Below, in pieces: positions 56,765 through 64,000 of a stretch of 64,000 nucleotides of DNA. This stretch comes from Candidatus Poribacteria bacterium. Lineage in GTDB: Bacteria > Poribacteria > WGA-4E > WGA-3G. Position 1 is the first letter of the stretch. The number at the start of each line of letters is the position of its first letter. The notes beneath the pieces are model-generated. The model ran no database searches, had not been told where the DNA came from, and saw only the letters and a list, made by a program, of their open reading frames with translations. Both the position numbers and the translations under genes were made by a program. The DNA lies in NCBI GenBank assembly GCA_965198235.1, contig OZ240248.1, forward strand, positions 4,160,001-4,224,000. Direction: 5' to 3'.

Positions 56765-58606
56765 ATGGTTAGCGACAACACACATCTCCCCAATACAGAA
56801 TCAGAATCTCGTCCTTCCGCCGTCCAGACGTTGCGCCGTTTTTTCTTTGTCGCGTGGCGAGTGAGTCCATTCGGAGCAATTGCACAGGCATTTCTGACAC
56901 TCGTCCACGGGTGTATCCCGATTGGCATCCTCTGGGCAAGTCGGGGGCTGGTGAACCTCATCACAGCGATTCTCGCCAAGGAAACGGAACCAAGTTTAGA
57001 GACCGCCACACCGTGGTTGATTGCCCTCGTCCTTTTGGCGACGCTCAGAAATATAAGTGGCACTTATGACGGCTACTTGCGATGGAAGATGCAGAACCGT
57101 ATTAAAGTTCATCAACAGCACGCCTTACTTGAAGCTGCGACACATATCGACTTCGCCCTCTTCGATCAGCCACAAACCTACGATCTGATACAACGAGCGC
57201 GACAGGCATTGGACCATCGACTCACTAATTTTCTGCGATTTCTAACAGAGATTGGACAGCTCTGCGTAACGCTTGTGGGATACGGTGTTCTCCTCTGGAT
57301 CGCGGATCCGCTCCTCGTGCTTGTGGTGGTGTTACCCGCAGTCCCTTCCGCTTGGCTCAAAGTTAAGGCAGCCAAGAGGGGGTACCTCTACGATTACTAT
57401 GCGACACCCGTACGTCGTATGATGGATTACATGCTCGGTCTACTCCTCGGTTCATCATCTGGACAGGAGGTCCGACTCTATGGACTTTTCGATCGCTTTT
57501 TTGGACGTTGGCGAACGAACCATCGTAAATGGCGGAAAGAATCCCTTGCAATGATTTGGACGGAAATAAGGGCTTCTATCGGCACAACTATCGCTGAAAT
57601 TGTTGCTTATGCCACAGCAATCGGCATACTTGCGGCGCGCATTGTAGACGGCGATCTCACGCTCGGAGATTACGTCGTGCTTACCGGTGCAGCGGCAACC
57701 TTTCAAGGAAATATGGAAGGATTGCTTTCACAAATACAAAACGTCCTTGAAGACTTACCCCTGCTTCGGGACTTGCATCTCTTCTTGGAACGAGCGAAAA
57801 ATGCCCGCATGCAAGCAGGAACAAATACATTTCCGAAGCCCCTACAACAAGGCATCGAAGTTCGTAATCTACGCTTCCGGTACCCGGAGGCAACCGACGA
57901 TGTACTACAGGACCTAAACTTTCACGTGCGTCCCGGGGAAGTCGTGAGTATTGTAGGGGTTAACGGCGCAGGAAAATCGACACTCATCAAATTGTTGCTC
58001 GGTCTCTACCAACCCAATGACGGAACAATCCACTATGATGGCGTAGATGCCGCGTCAATTGCACCGGAACAGATAGCCCTTAACTGTGCCGCCGTTTTCC
58101 AAGATTTTACGCGATTCCGCCGACGTGTGCGAGAAGAACTCGTACCGGGACCGCCAGGTCTCCACATTGACGACGATACGCTCTGGCGCGTTATCAACGC
58201 CGTTGGTATCAAGGATCGTTTTCAAACGCTTCCACACGGTTTAGATACATATCTGGATCCTTCACTCGGCGAAGATGGAGAAGGTGCTGAGTTATCTGGC
58301 GGAGAGTGGCAAAAAGTCGCGCTTGCGCGGGCTTTGGCACGAAATCCTCAAGTTCTCGTCCTTGATGAACCGACCGCTGCTCTGGACCCGCAAGCCGAAG
58401 TCGAACTCTACCAGCGTTTTGTCAAACTTGCGACTGGACGAATGACCTTTCTGATCTCACACCGAATCGGGTCTGCCCGTCTCGCGGACCGAATCTTGGT
58501 ATTAGATGCAGGTCGTATTGTCGAAGATGGCACACATGAGACGTTGCTTGCCAGAGATGGACTCTATGCCCAATTCTTTAGAGCGCAGGCACACTGGTAT
58601 CAGTAG
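56765..58606 (+). CDS. ABC exporter, fused permease/ATPase
   Basis: TMD; GVNGAGKS, LSGGEWQK, LDEPT, ISHR. Confidence 0.95.
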   Translation: MVSDNTHLPNTESESRPSAVQTLRRFFFVAWRVSPFGAIAQAFLTLVHGCIPIGILWASRGLVNLITAILAKETEPSLETATPWLIALVLLATLRNISGTYDGYLRWKMQNRIKVHQQHALLEAATHIDFALFDQPQTYDLIQRARQALDHRLTNFLRFLTEIGQLCVTLVGYGVLLWIADPLLVLVVVLPAVPSAWLKVKAAKRGYLYDYYATPVRRMMDYMLGLLLGSSSGQEVRLYGLFDRFFGRWRTNHRKWRKESLAMIWTEIRASIGTTIAEIVAYATAIGILAARIVDGDLTLGDYVVLTGAAATFQGNMEGLLSQIQNVLEDLPLLRDLHLFLERAKNARMQAGTNTFPKPLQQGIEVRNLRFRYPEATDDVLQDLNFHVRPGEVVSIVGVNGAGKSTLIKLLLGLYQPNDGTIHYDGVDAASIAPEQIALNCAAVFQDFTRFRRRVREELVPGPPGLHIDDDTLWRVINAVGIKDRFQTLPHGLDTYLDPSLGEDGEGAELSGGEWQKVALARALARNPQVLVLDEPTAALDPQAEVELYQRFVKLATGRMTFLISHRIGSARLADRILVLDAGRIVEDGTHETLLARDGLYAQFFRAQAHWYQ

Positions 58607-58636
58607 AAACTGCTCACAAGAATGGAAACCGTCTGT

Positions 58637-58768
58637 CTTGACCGAACCGCAAGGAATAATTAATCAGGATAATTCCAAAAACTGAGTTCGGAATGAAATG
58701 GAGAACGGCTCTACGGAGGTGGATGGCAAATGCCAATCCGACTTGATCGAACCGCAAGGAGCAATTAA
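58637..58768. repeat. 27-bp imperfect direct repeat, CCGCAAGG family
   Basis: CTTGACCGAACCGCAAGGAATAATTAA and CTTGATCGAACCGCAAGGAGCAATTAA. Confidence 0.8.
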
Positions 58769-58771
58769 AGA

Positions 58772-60619
58772 ATGCGAAATGTAAAAGAAACATTGAAGAC
58801 ATGGGGATCCATAGTTAAAGAAAGCCTCGTCGCCTATATCCGAACCTTTTCGATCACTTGGCAGAACGGTTCATTGGCACTTTTGGGTGTACTGCTTCTC
58901 ACGCTGTTGCTCGGTGTTGTGCCTGCCGGTCAGTTTTTTGTGACGGAACACTTAGTCAACGCAATCACCGCCGCTATAGGAGACACCGATTGGTGGAAGC
59001 TAGTTGTTCCGTGGTTGATAGGTTTGATCGGTTTACGAATTCTTAGCATCCTTGTCGATCTGTTACGGGAGCCACTGCGTCTTCACGTCGGAGAAAACAT
59101 CGAGGCATGGATGAATGAGAGTATCGTTCGGAAATCCAATACAATAGAGTTAACTGAATTCCAGACACCAGAATTTCAAAACGCGCTGGCGCGAGCACGT
59201 GCAATGTCGGGTATAGAACTTGATGAGATTGTCTGGTGGATCTTTGACAGCCTCCAACAATTAATCAGTGCCATTACACTTGGTATCGTGCTCTGGCGTT
59301 ATCATCCGTTGTTGGCACTGCTCCCTATGGTCACAGGTTTAGCTTCTTGGTGGAGCGGTTCACGTTTCGCTGCCAGTGTTTACAATCTTGATGTAGAACA
59401 AACACCACAACGACGAGAGCGAGATGCATTAGAAGGAATTCTGACGGATCGTGGAGCAGGCAAAGAAGTTCGGTTATACCAAGCGCAGGATTTATGGATA
59501 ACGCGCTGGAGAAAGTTATGGACGGAGTTAATAGAAGAACAACAAGTAATTGAACGGCGTAAATTTTTCGCACATCTTATGATCGACATAGCACGCGGTA
59601 TGTTATACGCTTGCTCGCTAATCTTCTTACTGCTGGAAGTCTTCCGTGGTGGCTTGACTGTTGGAACTTATATCGCCGCTGCTGCCGCACTCGTTCAATT
59701 GGATGGTATTTGGAACGAGGTTACCGGTTATTTTCAGTGGATAGGAAACGAGATGCGCCGTTTGTCAGGAGACCTGTACCCGTTTTTGGATCGCGACTCA
59801 GACACAATCAAAGCAAAGACAGGAGGCGAATACCCTTCAGAATCTCACAATAATTCATTCCAGACCACTGAAGAACCTCCATATCTTCGGATAGAAAATG
59901 TTTCATTCCTCTATCCAAATACGCAAGTACCCGTGTTAAATCACATAAACGTGACTTTAAAAAAAGGGGAGCGAGTCGCACTGGTAGGACCCAACGGGGC
60001 AGGGAAAACGACACTGGCACGTGTACTGTTGGGACTCTATCGCCCACAGACAGGCACAATTCACGTAGGGGATGTCCCATTAAACGAAGAGAATCGTCAA
60101 GAGTGGTTGACGCATTGCAGTGCCGTTTTTCAGGACTTCACCAGCTACCACCTCACTGCACGCGAAAACATTATCTTCGGCGACTTAGAACACCCCGAAC
60201 GTATGGAAGCGGCCTCAATTGCTGGGGGCGCAGCTTCGGTTGTTGACGGACTCACCGCAGGTTACGAGACGACACTGGGTCCCACCTTTGGAGGACGCGA
60301 TCTCTCCGGTGGCGAATGGCAACGCCTCGCAACAGCCCGGAGTTTCATGCGGGAAACCCCATGGCTGGTTGTCCTCGATGAACCGACTGCCGCACTCGAC
60401 CCTCTCGCTGAACAAGCGATCTACGAACGATTTATTGAACGGAGCGCAGGACGGACATCGGTATTAATTTCACACCGTCTCTCCTCTGTACGCACCTGTG
60501 ATCGGATTCTTGTAATTGATAACGGAACAATCATTGAGGATGGGGACCATGAGACGTTATTGGCGAAAGATGGGCTTTACGCCCAGTTTTTCAGAGCACA
60601 GGCGCAATGGTACGTTTGA
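58772..60619 (+). CDS. ABC exporter, fused permease/ATPase (paralog of upstream gene)
   Basis: GPNGAGKT, LSGGEWQR, LDEPT; near-identical C-terminus. Confidence 0.95.
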   Translation: MRNVKETLKTWGSIVKESLVAYIRTFSITWQNGSLALLGVLLLTLLLGVVPAGQFFVTEHLVNAITAAIGDTDWWKLVVPWLIGLIGLRILSILVDLLREPLRLHVGENIEAWMNESIVRKSNTIELTEFQTPEFQNALARARAMSGIELDEIVWWIFDSLQQLISAITLGIVLWRYHPLLALLPMVTGLASWWSGSRFAASVYNLDVEQTPQRRERDALEGILTDRGAGKEVRLYQAQDLWITRWRKLWTELIEEQQVIERRKFFAHLMIDIARGMLYACSLIFLLLEVFRGGLTVGTYIAAAAALVQLDGIWNEVTGYFQWIGNEMRRLSGDLYPFLDRDSDTIKAKTGGEYPSESHNNSFQTTEEPPYLRIENVSFLYPNTQVPVLNHINVTLKKGERVALVGPNGAGKTTLARVLLGLYRPQTGTIHVGDVPLNEENRQEWLTHCSAVFQDFTSYHLTARENIIFGDLEHPERMEAASIAGGAASVVDGLTAGYETTLGPTFGGRDLSGGEWQRLATARSFMRETPWLVVLDEPTAALDPLAEQAIYERFIERSAGRTSVLISHRLSSVRTCDRILVIDNGTIIEDGDHETLLAKDGLYAQFFRAQAQWYV

Positions 60620-60681
60620 TCGTTCTTGTAGGAGCGATCTCCTGGTCGCGACTTACCCCACAGAACTGGCAGAAAAATGAT

Positions 60682-60834
60682 TTTCTAACTATGGGAATAT
60701 CAGCGTTGCTCCATTACATTACGCAACGGTCTCCGGTAAAGTGAGGAACCTTTGAAACCTAAAGTAGGCTCTCTACTTCTCCAGAAACCATCGTGGAACG
60801 TAGTGGAACGATGCCCAGAGTTAATAGTTAAGAA
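60682..60834. mobile_element. MITE-like repeat (family A)
   Basis: TTTCTAACTATGGGAAT...GGAACGATGCCCAG...ATAGTTAAGAAA. Confidence 0.78.
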
Positions 60835-61703
60835 AGGTTCTCCGCCAAGATCTTAATCAACTCAGCCAAAGTTGGAAACTCGTCACGTGCTTCAGGTGGG
60901 AGATCCGCGAGGTGTGTGTCTCCAACAAACCGATACATGTCCGCCGCACCTGTCAAGATATTCGGTGTCAACCCGACATGCGCAAAGGTTGCCGAAATCT
61001 CTTCCATCTCACCGATCCAACGTCGCGCTTTCGGGGGCATACTCGGCAGCCCTCTTTCCATCCGCTCAAAAAGTGCCGATTGACTCAATTGAAACTCCGC
61101 TGTGAGTGCCTCTGAAACCCCTAAAACGGATGCCGCTGTGAGCAATTCTGTGCAGAGCGCGGTTAACCCTTTTGTCAAGGAGGCATAGCACATCTTAATC
61201 GCAGAGGCAAGTCCTATCTCTGCGCCGAGAGCCCGCACATCTAATCCATAATTGTTGAGTTCTGAAAACAGGTCAAGGTCGGGTCCCGATGCGTAGAATC
61301 GCGTCGCCCCCGGAGTCCGAGGAGGTGGACCGATGATGGACGCATCGACGAAGGTTCCACCCGCCGAGGTGATAATGTCCCCTAATTTACGAACCGTTTG
61401 CGGGGCAATAGCGTTGCAATCGGTGTATGTTAACGTCGTGTCCACCTGCTGTAGTGCTTCTGCGACTACAGACGCAGCAGATATCGCCTGTGCAGGCACC
61501 ATGATTGAGAGGATAAGATCGGCTTCAGTGACGAATTGTGGATATGTCGGTACGCCCACAATGCCTGCTTTCTCAGCAAGCTGCCGAGTGCGTTGACTCC
61601 TTCCCTCCAAGCAGGCGATGACGCGCAAACCGTTTTGACGGAGAACACCACCGACAGTGTGTCCCATATCACCGGGACTTAAAATTCCAACAGTGCTAAG
61701 CAT
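60828..61703 (-). CDS. NAD(P)-dependent oxidoreductase (6PGDH/HIBADH-like, DUF1932)
   Basis: GILSPGDMG, DASIIG.PP, ASAIKMCYA..TKG, RWIGEMEEI. Confidence 0.9.
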   Translation of the reverse strand: MLSTVGILSPGDMGHTVGGVLRQNGLRVIACLEGRSQRTRQLAEKAGIVGVPTYPQFVTEADLILSIMVPAQAISAASVVAEALQQVDTTLTYTDCNAIAPQTVRKLGDIITSAGGTFVDASIIGPPPRTPGATRFYASGPDLDLFSELNNYGLDVRALGAEIGLASAIKMCYASLTKGLTALCTELLTAASVLGVSEALTAEFQLSQSALFERMERGLPSMPPKARRWIGEMEEISATFAHVGLTPNILTGAADMYRFVGDTHLADLPPEARDEFPTLAELIKILAENLS

Positions 61704-61747
61704 AGATTACATCTCCTCTCTTTTTCAAGGTAACTTACACAAATTTG

Positions 61748-61773
61748 GTAGGCGCGCTTTCAAAGCGCGCCTA
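61748..61773. repeat. GTAG-type REP-like palindrome
   Basis: GTAGGCGCGCTT-tc-AAAGCGCGCCTA. Confidence 0.6.
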
Positions 61774-61811
61774 AGGAGAAAGGTTACCCGACAAATTGCA
61801 CAAAATCTATC

Positions 61812-62834
61812 TTAAATCTGAACGCCTACATCGCTGAGTGCCTTGAATGCCAATATGGCACCGAGCAGAATGACGACAGCAGCACTCATAACAGGCAGAC
61901 GCTGTAGCCAGATGCCTTCGCCCGTAAAACGCTCAATCAACGGTTTTGCCAGCACCATCAGAATACCGATAGCAACCAACACGGCGGCAAGCCCTAACGA
62001 GAAAGCGCACAGGATAATCAGCCCCCAAGCAAGCTTATTGAGACTAATGGCAAATAGGAGCCCGATAAGCGCATCAACACACGGCACGATACCACCGGAG
62101 ATACCGAGCGATAGTAAACCCCAAAAACCGGTCCGTTCCGGCGGCGCATGGCTATGTGTACGTCCACCATGACTGTGTGAATGATCATGGTCATGCGAAT
62201 GATCGTGGTCATGGTCATCGTCGTGTGAATGATCGTGGTCATGGTCATGATCGTCTGAATGATCATGGTCATCGTCGTGCGAATGATCATGGTCGTGATC
62301 GTGGTCATGCGGATGCTGATGCGCATGCCCGTGTCCATGATTGGGACTGTGTCCACCATCGCTGTAATACTGTTTCATGTTTCTGGCGAACAGCCACGCG
62401 CCGATGCCAACAATCAAAATACCAGAGAACAGACTCAACCACGGAACGATATCCTCCGGGGCAAACCCTTGTGCTACCAGCATTATAACACCAAGTACTA
62501 TGACGCTAAAGGTGTGTGTAAAGGTAACGACAAGCCCAAGGAAAACTGCGTCAATTACCCTGCCTTTAGAACCGACGAGGTAAGCAGCAACTATGGCTTT
62601 TCCGTGTCCCGGTGTCAATGCGTGCAAGCCGCCAAGCACGAATGAGATAACGAGCGCAGCAATTATAAATCGGAGGGTAAGCGGTTGGGTCATAAACTCC
62701 TTTATCCGGTCGCCTGAATGCTCATGCCCCTCATCAGCAAAAGCCAACGCGCACGCTATAACGCCGATAAAAATGATACTGATCTGCAATATACGCTTAC
62801 AAGCTGCATTGCCAAAACAAAGATGTTGAAGCAT
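61812..62834 (-). CDS. RcnA-like nickel/cobalt efflux transporter with His/Asp-rich loop
   Basis: [25 protein letters not shown]; long (HD)n tract. Confidence 0.9.
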   Translation of the reverse strand: MLQHLCFGNAACKRILQISIIFIGVIACALAFADEGHEHSGDRIKEFMTQPLTLRFIIAALVISFVLGGLHALTPGHGKAIVAAYLVGSKGRVIDAVFLGLVVTFTHTFSVIVLGVIMLVAQGFAPEDIVPWLSLFSGILIVGIGAWLFARNMKQYYSDGGHSPNHGHGHAHQHPHDHDHDHDHSHDDDHDHSDDHDHDHDHSHDDDHDHDHSHDHDHSHSHGGRTHSHAPPERTGFWGLLSLGISGGIVPCVDALIGLLFAISLNKLAWGLIILCAFSLGLAAVLVAIGILMVLAKPLIERFTGEGIWLQRLPVMSAAVVILLGAILAFKALSDVGVQI

Positions 62835-62846
62835 AAAAAAATCCAA

Positions 62847-63007
62847 TTTTTAAATTATTAAGCTCCTGGGCATCGTTCCACTTCGTTTCACGATGGTGTC
62901 TGGTGAATCGCGACCAGGTTGCGAATATGTACGCTCTTAATTCTGTCCGATCCCATTAGAAACCGATGATCAGATCGTAACGATGCCCCACAATTAAATA
63001 ATTAAAA
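62847..63007. mobile_element. MITE-like repeat (family A), empty at the AATGTAAAGCA site
   Basis: TTTTTAAATTATTAAGCTCCTGGGCATCGTTCCACTTCGTTTCACGA...AATAATTAAAA. Confidence 0.78.
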
Positions 63008-63011
63008 CTAA

Positions 63012-63860
63012 CTAAACCCTCGCGAATTTCTGGAAACGTCTGTCAGCGACGACTTCACTGACATAGATGTCCCCGTTTGAATCGAGCCAGATGCCGTGTG
63101 GGGAATCACTGAATTGTCCGGGAGCATCTCCCTTCTCGCCCCACCGTCCGATGACTTCACCCTCAAGCGTCATGATGCTGATGCGCTGCCCACCTTCAGC
63201 GATGTGAATGATGTTATCACTATCAATGAAGAGATCATTCGGGGAACGGAGGTCTGTCCACTCAGTCAAGTATTCGCCGTTGTTGTTAAAAATCTGACAG
63301 CGAAGGTTCCCACGATCGAGAATATAGACGCGGTCATTATGGTCCACGGTAACATCGTGCGGGAGATTAAATTCTCCAGGTCCCGTGCCGGGTGCACCCC
63401 ATGAAACGATAACTTCGCCATCGGCAGTCATTCGGTGCACCCGCGACTGTCCATAGCCATCAGAGACGTACATCTCCCCAGATGTTGAAAGCACAGCACG
63501 CGTCGGTTGATTAAAAGGTCCCCCCGGTGCGCCCGGTTGGTTGACGGTGCCGAACGTCTCTAACAATTCCCCATCAAGCGAAAATTTTCGTACAGTGTGA
63601 TCGACGGTGTCTGTGGTATAGATTTCATCGTCGGGACTCATCCAGATACCGTGCGGTTTCTGAAAGATATCCTTGCCCCATTCAGTGACAAACGTGCCGT
63701 CAGCCTCAAAAACGAGCATAGCAGGTTGTGGACTACGATTATAGACATAGACTCTGTCATTTGAGTCACACGCCACGCCGGAAACGAGCCCGAGCTGCGG
63801 AATCATACCCCAACCTTCCACGACTTCATACTGATAATCACCTGTCCCAAAAGATGCCAT
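63012..63860 (-). CDS. NHL-repeat protein (peptidyl-alpha-hydroxyglycine lyase-like)
   Basis: Repeated PHGI/FN.P, YVSDGYG, GTGPGEFNLPH. Confidence 0.9.
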   Translation of the reverse strand: MASFGTGDYQYEVVEGWGMIPQLGLVSGVACDSNDRVYVYNRSPQPAMLVFEADGTFVTEWGKDIFQKPHGIWMSPDDEIYTTDTVDHTVRKFSLDGELLETFGTVNQPGAPGGPFNQPTRAVLSTSGEMYVSDGYGQSRVHRMTADGEVIVSWGAPGTGPGEFNLPHDVTVDHNDRVYILDRGNLRCQIFNNNGEYLTEWTDLRSPNDLFIDSDNIIHIAEGGQRISIMTLEGEVIGRWGEKGDAPGQFSDSPHGIWLDSNGDIYVSEVVADRRFQKFARV

Positions 63861-64000
63861 AGCGATGCCTCCTGTTAGGTGCTAACATTTACGTGCTTAG
63901 CAACAATAGACTTTAGAATTTGGACGATGCGCTCTGCTTCCAAAACACCGTTATAAGTTTTCGAAAGTTCAATAGTAAACGCCGGTTTTTCGGTTTCAAT

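Noticed and set aside
58637-58768. Possible mini-CRISPR or RiPP precursor between the ABC genes
   Set aside because: Only two imperfect repeats 78 nt apart; no convincing small ORF
1-64000. tRNA, rRNA, integrase, transposase or reverse transcriptase genes
   Set aside because: None recognised in the sequence or the ORF track

Overview
Bacterial chromosomal window. The lineage is inferred to be Candidatus Poribacteria-like, based on a LamG protein with a C-terminal 'VxPxxKLxxxWxxxK' motif, several PhyH dioxygenases and Gfo/Idh/MocA oxidoreductases, and an ECF sigma factor fused to a beta-propeller; no database search was run. Positions 1-17252 hold a partial tuf and the S10-spc-alpha ribosomal cluster, which lacks rpmD, adk, map and infA here and has long spacers filled with palindromic/MITE-like repeats. 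The rest is metabolic, transport and accessory genes: FadL-like barrel, multiheme membrane protein, ackA, a decayed toxin-antitoxin locus, tricorn protease, SpoIVB-like peptidase, TonB receptor, ECF sigma and ABC exporters. The most striking structure is a nested hierarchy of non-coding repeats. A 20-31 nt unit (GGGAAATCCGCAGAAATACCCAAGCAAAAAC) with a constant 3' end, variable 5' end and reiterated sub-motifs is inserted into different palindromic repeats. Other notable items are a reciprocally decayed duplicated two-gene cassette carrying a MITE with a 7-bp target-site duplication, a shared ECF-type promoter, and several gene remnants. No rRNA, tRNA, CRISPR array, transposase or reverse transcriptase was seen.
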